64,000 nucleotides of DNA from positions 256,001-320,000 of the forward strand of contig OZ219865.1 in NCBI GenBank assembly GCA_964291675.2, read 5' to 3'. The translations under genes and the position numbers were made by a program. Positions within the stretch are counted from its first letter, which is position 1; every line of letters begins with the position of its first letter. This stretch comes from Alphaproteobacteria bacterium (GTDB taxonomy: Bacteria; Pseudomonadota; Alphaproteobacteria; MPNO01). A model generated the notes under the pieces. It did not search any database. It had not been told where the DNA came from and saw only the letters and a program-made list of their open reading frames with translations. This document shows positions 37,973 to 48,291 of this stretch, one piece after another.

Positions 37973-39691
37973 TTCAGGGGGGCGGTCGACGACATCGCCG
38001 CGGAACGCGGCATCTCCGCGCCCGACGCGGATTTCTCGGTCGAGCCGCCGCGCGATGCGCGCCACGGCGAAGTCTCGAGCAATGCCGCCCTGGTGTTCGC
38101 CGGCACGTTGGGCATGAAGCCGCGCGATCTCGCCGATCGCCTGGTCGCGCGGCTCGAAGAGAAGGACGAGATATTCGAGATTTCGGTGGCAGGGCCGGGT
38201 TTCGTCAATCTCGTGCTCGAAGGCGATGTCTGGCGCGATCGGCTGCGCGACATCCTGGCCGCCGGGATCTCCTACGGCGATTCGGAGCTCGGCGCCGGGC
38301 GGCGGGTCAATGTCGAATACGTCTCGGTGAACCCGACCGGGCCGATGCATGTCGGCCACGGACGGGGCGCGGTGGTCGGCGACGCGCTGGCCGCCCTGCT
38401 GGCGAAGGCGGGGTATTCGGTGACCCGCGAGTACTACGTCAACGACGCCGGGGTGCAGGTCGATTTGCTGGCGCGCTCGCTCCATCACCGCTACCGCGAG
38501 GCCGCGGGCGAGGCGCCGGGCGCCATGAGGGAGGATTTCTATCCCGGCGACTATCTCGCCGAGACCGGCGCGGCGCTGCTCGCGCAAGACGGAAAGAAAT
38601 GGCTGGGCGCGGCGGAATCAGACTGGCTGCCGCCGGTCCGCGACTTCGCCATCGAGGCGATGATGGCGCTGATCCGCGACGACCTCGCGGCGCTCGGCGT
38701 CGAGCACGACGTGTTCTCCTCGGAACGGGAGCTCGCGGCCTCCGGCGCGGTGGAACGCACGCTGTCCGAGCTCGACGGGCGCGGGCTGCTGCATGTCGGC
38801 GTGCTCGATCCGCCCAAGGGCAAGGCCGACGAGGACTGGGAGCCCAGGCCGCAGACCCTGTTCCGCTCGACCGCCTTCGGCGACGATTCGGACCGGGCGA
38901 TTCGCAAATCCGACGGCAGCTGGACCTATTTTGCTACCGACATGGCCTATCACCGCGACAAGCTCGAACGCGGCTTCCCGGTGCTGATCGACGTGTGGGG
39001 CGCCGACCACAAGGGCTACGTCAAGCGCATGGAGGCGGCCGTCGAGGCGCTGAGCGCGGGCGAGGCCCGGTTCTCGGTGCTGATCTGCAACCTGGTCAAC
39101 CTGTCCGAGGCGGGCCGGCCGGTAAAGATGTCCAAGCGCGCCGGAACCTATGTGACGCTGCGCGAGGTGGTCGACCGCGTGGGCAAGGACGTGGTCCGCT
39201 TCATCATGCTGACCCGGGGCAACGAGGCCTCGCTCGACTTCGACCTCGCCCGGGCGGTCGAGCAATCGAAGGACAACCCGGTCTTCTACGTGCAATACGC
39301 CCACGCCCGGGCCTGTTCGGCGCTCAGGAACGCGGCCGAGGCGTTCCCGGGCGAGGATTTTTCCGACGCGGCGCTCGGCCGCGCGGCGCTCGACCTGCTG
39401 GAGGACGAAGAGGAGCTTGCGCTGATCCGCAGGCTGGCGGGGTGGCCGCGCACGGTGGAAGCCGCGGCGGAGGCCGCCGAGCCGCACCGCATCGCCTATG
39501 CGCTGTCCGACATCGCCGCTGCGTTCCACGGGCTGTGGAATCTGGGCAATGTCGATGAGTCCCGCCGCTTCGTGGTCGCCGGCGACCCGGCGCTCAGCCG
39601 CGCGCGCCTCGCCTTGGTCCGCGCCACCGCAATCGTCATCGCCTCCGGCCTCGACATCATGGGGGTCGCGCCGGTCGAGGAGATGCGCTGA
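37943..39691 (+). CDS. argS: Arginine--tRNA ligase
   Basis: NPTGPMHVGH, WGADH.GY, KMSKR, YVQYAHAR. Confidence 0.97.
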   Translation: MNVYGNIRTLFRGAVDDIAAERGISAPDADFSVEPPRDARHGEVSSNAALVFAGTLGMKPRDLADRLVARLEEKDEIFEISVAGPGFVNLVLEGDVWRDRLRDILAAGISYGDSELGAGRRVNVEYVSVNPTGPMHVGHGRGAVVGDALAALLAKAGYSVTREYYVNDAGVQVDLLARSLHHRYREAAGEAPGAMREDFYPGDYLAETGAALLAQDGKKWLGAAESDWLPPVRDFAIEAMMALIRDDLAALGVEHDVFSSERELAASGAVERTLSELDGRGLLHVGVLDPPKGKADEDWEPRPQTLFRSTAFGDDSDRAIRKSDGSWTYFATDMAYHRDKLERGFPVLIDVWGADHKGYVKRMEAAVEALSAGEARFSVLICNLVNLSEAGRPVKMSKRAGTYVTLREVVDRVGKDVVRFIMLTRGNEASLDFDLARAVEQSKDNPVFYVQYAHARACSALRNAAEAFPGEDFSDAALGRAALDLLEDEEELALIRRLAGWPRTVEAAAEAAEPHRIAYALSDIAAAFHGLWNLGNVDESRRFVVAGDPALSRARLALVRATAIVIASGLDIMGVAPVEEMR

Positions 39692-40428
39692 TGGCGAAGG
39701 CCCCCGCATCGGTCGGCCGCGAGAAACCGGACGGCGGGAGCGGACGGCGGCGGCTGCGCGGGTTGGTTTCCGGCACGGTCGGAGTCGCGGCGCTCGTCGC
39801 CTCGGCCGGATTGCTGCTGCACGCCTACGGCGAGGCGCGGTCGTCGGCGGCCGGGCGGGCCGAATTGCTCATCAGGGCCGAGCCCGGCCCGTTCAAGGTC
39901 AAGCCCGAATCGCCGGGCGGGCGCACCGTTCCCGATCGCGACAAGAAGATCTACGACCGCATCGGGGCGGCGCCCGCCGGCGAGCCCGTCGAACGCCTGC
40001 TGCCCGAACCCGAGGTGCCGCTGCCGCCGGAGCAGGTCCTGGCGGCGAAGACGGACCCTCCGCCCGCGGAGGCGGTGCCGGAGGTCCCGACGCCGATTGC
40101 GCCGGCCGAGACGGCAGCGACGCCGGCACAGCCCAGGGCCGCACCGGCCGAGGCGCCGCCCGCGCCGGCGGTCGAACGGAAATATCGGCTCCAGCTCGCC
40201 GCGCTGCGCTCCAGAGCCGCCGCCGGCAAGGCCTGGAACCGGCTTCGCAGCCAGAACCGCAAGCTCCTCGGGCAACGCGAGCTGGAGATAGAGCGCAAGG
40301 ACCTCGGCCCGCCCAAGGGCGTCTATTACAGGCTTCTCGTCGGGCCGGCGACGGACCGGGAGACGGCGCGGCTGCTATGCGCGGCGCTCGCCAAGCGCAA
40401 GGTCGGCTGCCTTGTCGTGCAGCGCTGA
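39691..40428 (+). CDS. SPOR domain protein
   Basis: TM, P.K.KP..PGG, C-terminal QL.A.RS...YYRL..GP...C..L....C. Confidence 0.85.
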   Translation: MAKAPASVGREKPDGGSGRRRLRGLVSGTVGVAALVASAGLLLHAYGEARSSAAGRAELLIRAEPGPFKVKPESPGGRTVPDRDKKIYDRIGAAPAGEPVERLLPEPEVPLPPEQVLAAKTDPPPAEAVPEVPTPIAPAETAATPAQPRAAPAEAPPAPAVERKYRLQLAALRSRAAAGKAWNRLRSQNRKLLGQRELEIERKDLGPPKGVYYRLLVGPATDRETARLLCAALAKRKVGCLVVQR

Positions 40429-41419
40429 GCGGGCGCATCCCGCGGCGATCGTGTTCGGCTGCGCCGGCGAGGAGCTGGGGCGCGACGAGCGCGCGCTGTT
40501 CGCCGAGGCCGATCCTCTGGGCTTCATCCTGTTCGCGCGCAATTGCCGCGAGCCCGGGCAGGTGCGGGAGCTGGTCGCGGCGCTGCGCGACAGCGTCGGC
40601 CGGCGGGACGCGCCCGTCCTGATCGACCAGGAAGGCGGCAGGGTGCAGCGCCTCGCGCCGCCGCATTGGCGGCGCCGGCCGCCCTGGCGCGGCTTCGGCG
40701 AGATGGCGGCGGCGAAGGGAATCGGCCGCGCGGTCGCGGCCGCCCGGGCCGCCGCGCGGGAGATCGCCGGCGAGCTCGCCGAGCTCGGGATCGACGTGAA
40801 CTGCCTGCCGCTGCTGGACGTGCCGGCGCCCGGCGGGCACGCGGTGATCGGCGACCGCGCGTTCTCCTCGGATCCGGCGGCGGTCGCCGCGCTCGGGCGC
40901 GCGGTCTGCGAGGGTCTGCTCGCGGGCGGCGTCGTTCCGGTGGTCAAGCACATCCCGGGGCACGGGCGGGCGGCGGTCGACAGCCACCGCGCCCTTCCCG
41001 TGGTCGATGCCTCGGCGGAGGCGCTCGCGGTCGACTTCGCCCCGTTCCGGGCGCTGCGCGACATGCCCTGGGCGATGACCGCCCATGTCGTCTACACCGC
41101 CTTCGACGCGAGCGCGCCGGCGACCCAGTCCCGCGTCGTGGTGGCGCGGGCGGTCCGCGGCGCGATCGGCTTCGACGGTCTGCTGATCTCGGACGATCTC
41201 TGCATGGACGCCCTGTCGGGCGGCCCGGCGGGCCGGGCGCGGGCGGCGCTGGCGGCGGGCTGCGACGCGGTTCTCCACTGCAACGGCGAGCTTGCCGCGA
41301 TGCGCGAGGCGATGGAGGGGGTGGACGCCATGACCGGCCGCGCCATGGCGCGCTTCCGGCGCGGCCGCGCGATGGCAAGCGGCGAAATGCCGCAGGCGGC
41401 ACAAGGCGCGGGCGCATGA
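40412..41419 (+). CDS. nagZ: Beta-N-acetylhexosaminidase
   Basis: GFILFARN, IDQEGGRVQR, KHIPGHG...DSH; start approximate. Confidence 0.93.
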   Translation: MSCSAERAHPAAIVFGCAGEELGRDERALFAEADPLGFILFARNCREPGQVRELVAALRDSVGRRDAPVLIDQEGGRVQRLAPPHWRRRPPWRGFGEMAAAKGIGRAVAAARAAAREIAGELAELGIDVNCLPLLDVPAPGGHAVIGDRAFSSDPAAVAALGRAVCEGLLAGGVVPVVKHIPGHGRAAVDSHRALPVVDASAEALAVDFAPFRALRDMPWAMTAHVVYTAFDASAPATQSRVVVARAVRGAIGFDGLLISDDLCMDALSGGPAGRARAALAAGCDAVLHCNGELAAMREAMEGVDAMTGRAMARFRRGRAMASGEMPQAAQGAGA

Positions 41420-42096
41420 CGGAGCTGGTATACACCGCCTCGACCTGGGTCCTTCCGGTGCTGATCGCGATCACCCTGCACGAGGCCGCGCACGGCTATG
41501 TCGCCTGGAAGCTCGGCGACGACACCGCGAAGCGGCTGGGCCGGGTGACCTTCAACCCGCTGCGCCATGTCGATCCCTGGGGCACGATCGTCGTGCCGGG
41601 GCTGCTGCTGTCGTTCAGCAATTTCGTCTTCGGCTGGGCGAAGCCGGTACCGGTCGATTTCAGCCGGCTGGAAAGCCCCAGGCGGGACATGGTCTGGGTC
41701 GCCGCGGCGGGACCCGCGGTCAACATCGCGCTGGCGACGGCTTCGGCCGCGCTGCTGCATCTGGTCCCGCTGCTGCCCGGCGCGGTCCAGCTCTGGGTGC
41801 TGGAGAACTTGCAGCACTCGATCCTGATCAACCTGGTGCTCGCGGTGTTCAACCTGCTGCCGCTGCCGCCGCTCGACGGCGGGCGCATCGCGGTCGGGCT
41901 GCTGCCGCTCGGGCTCGCCCGGCCGCTCGCCCGGATGGAGCGATTCGGGCTGTTCGTGATAATAGGCGTCCTGTTCATCCTGCCTTACGCGGGGCGGGAG
42001 CTCGGGGTCGACCTCAACGTCTTCCCCTGGCTGATCGGGACGCCGGTTCGGTTCCTGATGGACGTGATCGCGGGATTCACGGGGCTGGCACCCTGA
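41416..42096 (+). CDS. Site-2 protease (M50)
   Basis: HEAAH, NLLPLPPLDGG. Confidence 0.92.
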   Translation: MTELVYTASTWVLPVLIAITLHEAAHGYVAWKLGDDTAKRLGRVTFNPLRHVDPWGTIVVPGLLLSFSNFVFGWAKPVPVDFSRLESPRRDMVWVAAAGPAVNIALATASAALLHLVPLLPGAVQLWVLENLQHSILINLVLAVFNLLPLPPLDGGRIAVGLLPLGLARPLARMERFGLFVIIGVLFILPYAGRELGVDLNVFPWLIGTPVRFLMDVIAGFTGLAP

Positions 42097-42134
42097 TCGA
42101 AGACGCAAATCGGGCGGAGGAGCGGTTTCAGCCG

Positions 42135-42899
42135 ATGCGGCGCGGCGAAACCCTCGTGCTCGATCTCGACGGCTACGAAGGGCCGATCGACGTGCTGCTG
42201 GCCCTGGCGCGTCAGCAGAAGGTGGACCTCGCCCGGATATCGATCCTCGATCTCGCCGAGCAGTATCTCGCCTTCATCGCCGCCGCGCGCCGGCTCGACC
42301 TGGAGATCGCCGCCGACTACCTGGTGATGGCGGCCTGGCTGGTCTACCTCAAGTCGCGGCTGCTGCTGCCCGAAGCGGAGGACGACGAGGCGCCGAGCGG
42401 ACCGGAGCTCGCCGAGGCGCTCGCCTTCCAGCTCCGCCGCCTCGAAGCCATGCAGGAGCGGGGCCGGCAGATGATGGCCCGGCCGCTGCTCGGGCGCGAC
42501 GTCTTCGCCCGCGGCGACCCGCAGGAGACCGAGGTGGTGCGCTGCCCGGTATACGAGGTTTCTCTGTTCGACCTGTTGTCCGCCTATGGCGAGAACCGCC
42601 GGCGGCGCGTCGACGCGGTGCTGGAGATCGAGCCGAGCGCGCTCCATTCGGTCGCCGATGCGATCGAGCGGCTGGGCGGGCTCGGCAGCGTCGACTGGCA
42701 GACGCTGTTCGAGTTCCTGCCGCCCGACGCCGGCGGCGGGATCCGGCTGCGCTCGGCGGTCGCCTCCACCTTCGTGGCCGGGCTGGAGCTTGCACGCATG
42801 GGGCGAATCGAGTTCCGGCAATTGAACCCGTTCGGCCCTATATACATACGGGGACGGAATGGCACCGCTCCCGTCCGGGAGGCCGGAAATGAAGCATGA
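42135..42899 (+). CDS. scpA: Segregation/condensation protein A
   Basis: EGP.D.LL.L...QK.D, ADYLVMAA.L..LKSR.LLP. Confidence 0.93.
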   Translation: MRRGETLVLDLDGYEGPIDVLLALARQQKVDLARISILDLAEQYLAFIAAARRLDLEIAADYLVMAAWLVYLKSRLLLPEAEDDEAPSGPELAEALAFQLRRLEAMQERGRQMMARPLLGRDVFARGDPQETEVVRCPVYEVSLFDLLSAYGENRRRRVDAVLEIEPSALHSVADAIERLGGLGSVDWQTLFEFLPPDAGGGIRLRSAVASTFVAGLELARMGRIEFRQLNPFGPIYIRGRNGTAPVREAGNEA

Positions 42900-43545
42900 T
42901 CTGCGCCTTATGGAAGCGATCCTGTTCGCCGCTTCCGAGCCGGTGGACGAGGCCGCGCTTGCCGGCCGGTTCGCCGAGGACACCGATATCGCGGCCCTGA
43001 TCGATGCGCTCGTGGCCGATTACGCGCCGCGCGGCGTCAACCTCGTGCGCGTCGGCGGCGGCTGGTGCTTCCGCACCGCGGAGGATCTCGCCGGGCACAT
43101 GCGGGTGGAACGCAAGGTGACCCGCAAGCCCTCGCGCGCCGCGGTGGAGACGCTCGCCGTCATCGCCTATCACCAGCCGGTGACGCGCAGCGAGGTCGAG
43201 CACATCCGCGGCGTCGCGGCGAGCCGCGGCACCTTCGACTTCCTGCTCGAAGCCGGCTGGATCCGCCCCGTCGGCAAGCGCCGCACCCCGGGGCGCCCGG
43301 TGACCTGGGGAACGACGGACGGGTTCCTGGTCCATTTCGGGCTGTCGGGCCTCGACGACCTGCCCGGGATGGACGAGCTCAAGGCGACCGGGCTGCTGGA
43401 TGTCCGCCCGGCGAGCACCGTCATCGGCGCCGCGCTGCCGCCCGGGGAAGACGCGCGCGACGACGGCGTCGTGCACCTGCCCATCGATCCCGTGGGCGAG
43501 TCCGACGAGATTCCGGCGTTCGCCCCGGCCGCCGCCGCCGAGTAG
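42889..43545 (+). CDS. scpB: Segregation/condensation protein B
   Basis: [25 protein letters not shown]. Confidence 0.95.
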   Translation: MKHDLRLMEAILFAASEPVDEAALAGRFAEDTDIAALIDALVADYAPRGVNLVRVGGGWCFRTAEDLAGHMRVERKVTRKPSRAAVETLAVIAYHQPVTRSEVEHIRGVAASRGTFDFLLEAGWIRPVGKRRTPGRPVTWGTTDGFLVHFGLSGLDDLPGMDELKATGLLDVRPASTVIGAALPPGEDARDDGVVHLPIDPVGESDEIPAFAPAAAAE

Positions 43546-43660
43546 ACCGGAACGGCCTGCCGCAAAGGCGAGTGCACGACCTCGCGGTTTCTTGTATATA
43601 CGCGGTCTGCCATCGCCGTCGGCGGCGGAAATGGCGGAACGGAAGGCAGGAGCACCCGCG

Positions 43661-43894
43661 ATGGGATCGTTTAGCATCTGGCACTGGCTCGTCGTCCTCG
43701 TAGTGGTTCTTGTCCTGTTCGGAGGCGGCGGGAAGCTGTCGCGCCTGATGGGCGATGCGGCGCGCGGCATCAACGCTTTCAAGAAGGGCCTGAAGGACAG
43801 CGATCCGGCGGGCACGGTGTCGGCGGAGGCGAAGGACCCGGCGAAGGAGATCCCGGCGGAAGCCAGGGAACGGGACGAGACCGCCAAGAGCTGA
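43661..43894 (+). CDS. tatA: Twin-arginine translocase TatA
   Basis: [10 protein letters not shown]...LFG. Confidence 0.95.
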   Translation: MGSFSIWHWLVVLVVVLVLFGGGGKLSRLMGDAARGINAFKKGLKDSDPAGTVSAEAKDPAKEIPAEARERDETAKS

Positions 43895-43981
43895 GGAGCT
43901 GGACCGAGGGTGCGGCGGCGCGCGCGAGCGGAAGCCGGACGCCCCGCTTGAGCGGCAACCCAATGACGGATCGGCCGGCCG

Positions 43982-44461
43982 ATGCTTGACATCGGCAGTT
44001 GGGAATTCCTGATCGTTATCGTGATCGCGTTGATCGTGATCGGTCCCAAGGACCTGCCCGCGCTGGTCCGCACGGTGAGCTACTGGGTGCGCCGCGCGCG
44101 CGAGCTGGCGCGCGAGTTCCAGGGCGGGCTGGAGGACATGGCGCGCGAGGCCGAGCTCGACAAGGTCAAGGATTCGCTGACCGCCGAGATCGACCCCGAC
44201 GGCATGGTCAACACGATCAAGCGCGAGATCGAGGACGAGATCGAGGACGAGTGGCCCGACGAGGTGACGGCGCTCGACTATCTCGACCAGGAACCGGCCA
44301 AGCCCGAGGACGGGGCCGAACCGGAAGCCGCGGAAGCGGTCGAGGCCGCGCCAGCCGCCGAGGCCACGCAAGCCGCCGAGGCCACGCAAGCGGACGACGC
44401 CCCTCCCGAAGCGGTCGATGAGGAAGAGGCGGTCGCCGCCAAGGCGGGGTCGGGCACGTGA
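43982..44461 (+). CDS. tatB: Twin-arginine translocase TatB
   Basis: MLDIG..E...ALIVIGPKDLP. Confidence 0.95.
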   Translation: MLDIGSWEFLIVIVIALIVIGPKDLPALVRTVSYWVRRARELAREFQGGLEDMAREAELDKVKDSLTAEIDPDGMVNTIKREIEDEIEDEWPDEVTALDYLDQEPAKPEDGAEPEAAEAVEAAPAAEATQAAEATQADDAPPEAVDEEEAVAAKAGSGT

Positions 44462-45270
44462 ACGACACGGTGAACGAAACGGCCGACGAGAACCCGCGCG
44501 ACAAGGCGATGCCGCTGCTCGACCACCTGATCGAGCTGCGCACCCGGCTGATCTACTGCGCCATCGGCTTCATCGTCACCTTCTTCGCCTGTTTCTTCGT
44601 CGCCGAGGAGATCTTCTCCTTCCTGGTCCGGCCGCTGGCCGCCGCGCTCGACGAGCGCGAGGGCAGCCGGATGATCTTCACCGCCCTGCACGAGGCGTTC
44701 TTCACCTATGTCAAGGTGGCGTTCTGGACCGCCGCGCTGATCGCCTTCCCGCTGATCTCGATGCAGGTCTGGCTGTTCGTCGCCCCCGGCCTCTACAAGA
44801 ACGAGCGCCGGGCCTTCCTGCCCTTCCTGATGGCCACTCCGATCCTGTTCTGCATGGGCGCCGCGCTGGTCTATTACGGCGTGATGCCGGTGGCGTGGGA
44901 GTTCTTCCTCGACTTCCAGCGGCCCGCCGATCCCGGCGACCTGCCGATCGAGGTCGAGCCCAAGGTCGACCAGTATCTGTCGCTGGTGATGCGGCTGATC
45001 TTCGCCTTCGGGATCGGCTTCGAGCTGCCGGTCTTCCTGATGCTGCTGGCGCGCGCCGGGATCGTCACCGCCGACGGGCTCGCCGCCAAGCGGCGCTACG
45101 CCATCGTCGCGGTGTTCGTCGCCGCGGCGATCCTGACCCCGCCCGACGTTTTCAGCCAGATCGGGCTCGCATTGCCGATCATCCTGCTGTACGAAGCCTC
45201 GATTTTCGGGGCCCGCGTGATGGAGCGCAAACGCGCCGAGCGCGAAGCCGCCGAGGACGCGTCCGCATAG
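44458..45270 (+). CDS. tatC: Twin-arginine translocase TatC
   Basis: PLLDHLIELRTRL, FELP, TPPD. Confidence 0.96.
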   Translation: MNDTVNETADENPRDKAMPLLDHLIELRTRLIYCAIGFIVTFFACFFVAEEIFSFLVRPLAAALDEREGSRMIFTALHEAFFTYVKVAFWTAALIAFPLISMQVWLFVAPGLYKNERRAFLPFLMATPILFCMGAALVYYGVMPVAWEFFLDFQRPADPGDLPIEVEPKVDQYLSLVMRLIFAFGIGFELPVFLMLLARAGIVTADGLAAKRRYAIVAVFVAAAILTPPDVFSQIGLALPIILLYEASIFGARVMERKRAEREAAEDASA

Positions 45271-45297
45271 CCGGGCTTTTGCGACGGCGGAGTAGGC

Positions 45298-46581
45298 ATG
45301 CTCGATCTGCGTTGGATCAGGGAGAACCCCCGCGACCTCGATCGCGGGCTGGAACGGCGCGGCCTCGCGCCGATGAGCGAGGACGTCCTCGCGCTCGATT
45401 CCCGCCGCCGCGCGCGCCAGACCGAGCTCCAGACCCACCAGACAAGGCGCAACGAGGCTTCGCGCGAGATCGGCGCGGCGAAGAAGGAGGGGGCGGACGC
45501 GACCGCGCTGATCGACGAGGTCGCGGCGATCAAGACCCGCATGCAGGCGCTGGAGGACGAGTGCGCCGGCATCGACGCCGAGATCGAGGCGCTGCTGGCG
45601 GACGTCCCCAACCCGCCTGCCGGAGACGTTCCCGACGGTCCCGACGAGAGCGCCAATGTCGAGCTCCGCCGCGTCGGCGCGCCGGCCGAATTCGCGTTCG
45701 AGGCGAAGGACCACGTCGCGATCGGCGAGGCGCTCGGCATGATGGATTTCGCCGCCGCCTCCAAGCTCTCGGGCGCGCGCTTCGTGGTGCTCAACGATGC
45801 GCTCGCCCGGCTGGAGCGCGCGCTGGCGGCCTTCATGCTCGACCTGCACACGTCCGAGTTCGGCTACACCGAGACCAGCACGCCCTTCCTGGTGCGCGAT
45901 GCCGCGCTGTTCGGCACCGGGCAGCTTCCCAAGTTCGCCGAGGACCTGTTCCGCACCGACACCGACCACTGGCTGATCCCGACCGCCGAGGTGCCGTTGA
46001 CCAATCTGGTGGCGGGCGAGATCCTCGACGCCGCCGAGCTCCCGCTCCGCTTCGTCGCGCTCACGCCGTGCTTCCGGTCCGAGGCGGGCGCCGCCGGGCG
46101 CGATACCCGCGGCATGCTGCGCCAGCACCAATTCCACAAGGTGGAGCTGGTCAGCGTCACCCGGCCGGAGGACTCGCCCGGGGAGCACGAGCGCATGACC
46201 GCGGCCGCGGAAGAGGTGCTGAAGCGCCTCGAAATCCCCTACCGGGTGGTCGTGCTGTCGACCGGCGACATGGGCTTCGCGGCTGAGAAGACCTACGACA
46301 TCGAGGTCTGGCTGCCGGGGCAGAACGCCTATCGCGAGGTCTCCAGCTGCTCGAATTGCGGCGCCTTCCAGGCGCGGCGGATGCGCGCGCGCTACCGCCC
46401 GGAAGACCGCCGGGGAACCGCCTTCGTGCACACGCTCAACGGTTCCGGCGTCGCCGTCGGCCGGCTGCTGATCGCGGTGCTGGAGAACGGCCAGCAGGAA
46501 GACGGGTCGGTCGCCCTGCCGGCGGCGCTCGGCCCGTATATGGGCGGACTCGCGGCGATCCGGCCGGCGCGCCGGGGGTAG
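45298..46581 (+). CDS. serS: Serine--tRNA ligase
   Basis: [29 protein letters not shown]. Confidence 0.97.
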   Translation: MLDLRWIRENPRDLDRGLERRGLAPMSEDVLALDSRRRARQTELQTHQTRRNEASREIGAAKKEGADATALIDEVAAIKTRMQALEDECAGIDAEIEALLADVPNPPAGDVPDGPDESANVELRRVGAPAEFAFEAKDHVAIGEALGMMDFAAASKLSGARFVVLNDALARLERALAAFMLDLHTSEFGYTETSTPFLVRDAALFGTGQLPKFAEDLFRTDTDHWLIPTAEVPLTNLVAGEILDAAELPLRFVALTPCFRSEAGAAGRDTRGMLRQHQFHKVELVSVTRPEDSPGEHERMTAAAEEVLKRLEIPYRVVVLSTGDMGFAAEKTYDIEVWLPGQNAYREVSSCSNCGAFQARRMRARYRPEDRRGTAFVHTLNGSGVAVGRLLIAVLENGQQEDGSVALPAALGPYMGGLAAIRPARRG

Positions 46582-46604
46582 CCGGGCTGCGCGGGAGCTC
46601 TTCC

Positions 46605-47252
46605 GTGATCGAATACGAGTCGAGGATCCGGCTGATCGCGGAGCTCCGCAGCCACGGCATCACCGACCGCGACGTGCTGGCGGCGATCGAGCGGGTGCCG
46701 CGCGAGATGTTCGTGCCGCCGGCCTTTCGCGCCCGGGCGCACGACAACTCGGCGCTGCCCATCGGCCACGGCCAGACCATCTCCCAGCCCGCGGTGGTCG
46801 CCTACATGACGCGGGAGCTCGAGCTGGAGAAGCGCATGAAGGTGCTGGAGATCGGCACCGGGTCGGGCTACCAGGCGGCGGTGCTCGCCGGGCTGTGCCG
46901 CCGCGTCTATACCGTCGAGCGCCTGCGGCCCCTGCTGCGCGAGGCCGAGCGGCGCTTCGAGGCGTTGCGTCTCGCCAACGTCACCACCAGGTGGGACGAC
47001 GGCTCCCGGGGCTGGCCCGAGGTGGCGCCGTTCGAGCGGATCATCGTGACCGCCGCCGCGATCGACGTCCCGCCGGTCCTGCTCGACCAGCTCGCGCCGG
47101 ACGGCATCATGATCCTTCCGGTGGGCGGCGAGGAGGAGGATCAACAGCTCCTCAAGTGCCGTCGGCACGGCGATTCGGTGGACTACGAGACGCTGTGGCC
47201 GGTGCGTTTCGTCCCGCTGCTGCCCGACGCGGTGGACGAGTCCCCGCCCTGA
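46605..47252 (+). CDS. pcm: Protein-L-isoaspartate O-methyltransferase
   Basis: GQTISQP, VLEIGTGSGYQ. Confidence 0.95.
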   Translation: MIEYESRIRLIAELRSHGITDRDVLAAIERVPREMFVPPAFRARAHDNSALPIGHGQTISQPAVVAYMTRELELEKRMKVLEIGTGSGYQAAVLAGLCRRVYTVERLRPLLREAERRFEALRLANVTTRWDDGSRGWPEVAPFERIIVTAAAIDVPPVLLDQLAPDGIMILPVGGEEEDQQLLKCRRHGDSVDYETLWPVRFVPLLPDAVDESPP

Positions 47253-47334
47253 CTCCCGATTCGGTCTCGCGGATTGTATTCCGTATCGGTTGAGGTTAGG
47301 CTGGGAACAAGTTGATTTAACGGACTCTTTTGAA

Positions 47335-48291
47335 ATGCTTCGGAGCGTCGTCCTGGTCGTGGCGTTGCTTGCCGTCTCCGCCTGCGGCGGCGGCCGCGAC
47401 TATTCGGGCTACGGCACGGCCCGGAACCCCGGCCCGGCGGCGAGCGCGGGCGGGTCGGCGGCGGGCGTCGCGGTGGTGCGGCGCGGCGATACGCTCTACC
47501 GGATCGCGCGCCGCAACGGGGTCCCGCTGCGCGAGCTGATCACCCTCAACCGGCTCGGCCCGCCCTACCGCATCCATCCCGGCCAAAAGCTTCGGCTGCC
47601 CGGCGAGAAGCAGCACGTGGTGCGGCGCGGCGACACGCTGGAGCGCATCGCCCGGCGCCGCGGCGTGTCCGCCAGGCGTCTGGCCGCGGCCAACGGCATC
47701 CATCCGCCCTACCGCATCTATCCGGGCCAGGCGCTGCGCCTGCCCGGGTCCGGGCGGGTCGCGAAACGCCCGGCGCCGCCGCCCCGGCGGGCGAAGTCCG
47801 GATCGCCGCGGACGGTCTCGCTCGCTCCGCCGCCGCCGCGCGCCGGCAAGCGCTTCCTGTGGCCGGTCCAGGGGCCGGTCGCGGTCGGCTTCGGCAACCG
47901 CGGCAAGGGGGTGCGCAATGACGGGATCAACATCCTGGCGCGGCGCGGAACCGGCGTGCGGGCGGCGGAGAACGGGGTGGTCGCCTATTCCGGCAACGCG
48001 GTGCGCGGGTTCGGCAATCTGGTGCTGATCAAGCACGCCGGCGGCTGGATGAGCGCCTATGCCCATAACGAGGTGCTGCTGGTCCGCACCGGGCAGAAGG
48101 TACGCCGCGGCCAGACCATCTCGCGGGTCGGCTCGACCGGCAGCGTGAACCGGCCGCAGCTCCATTTCGAGCTGAGGCGGGGGCGCCGCGCGGTCGACCC
48201 GCTGCGCTATCTGGGGCCGCCGAGCCGGTCGATCAGCGCGCTTCCGGCCGATCCAGCCGCACCCCGGCCCGGCCGGCCAGGTCCTGTATGA
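47335..48291 (+). CDS. nlpD: LysM x2 / M23 peptidase lipoprotein
   Basis: Lipobox VSAC, two LysM repeats, N.GI.I, Y.HN, HFE.R. Confidence 0.88.
   Translation: MLRSVVLVVALLAVSACGGGRDYSGYGTARNPGPAASAGGSAAGVAVVRRGDTLYRIARRNGVPLRELITLNRLGPPYRIHPGQKLRLPGEKQHVVRRGDTLERIARRRGVSARRLAAANGIHPPYRIYPGQALRLPGSGRVAKRPAPPPRRAKSGSPRTVSLAPPPPRAGKRFLWPVQGPVAVGFGNRGKGVRNDGINILARRGTGVRAAENGVVAYSGNAVRGFGNLVLIKHAGGWMSAYAHNEVLLVRTGQKVRRGQTISRVGSTGSVNRPQLHFELRRGRRAVDPLRYLGPPSRSISALPADPAAPRPGRPGPV

Noticed and set aside
43019-43030. Additional lox arm GATTACGCGC in scpB
   Set aside because: Short match within coding sequence with no partner arm.
44354-44390. 18-bp tandem repeat in tatB
   Set aside because: Ordinary variation in a disordered tail.
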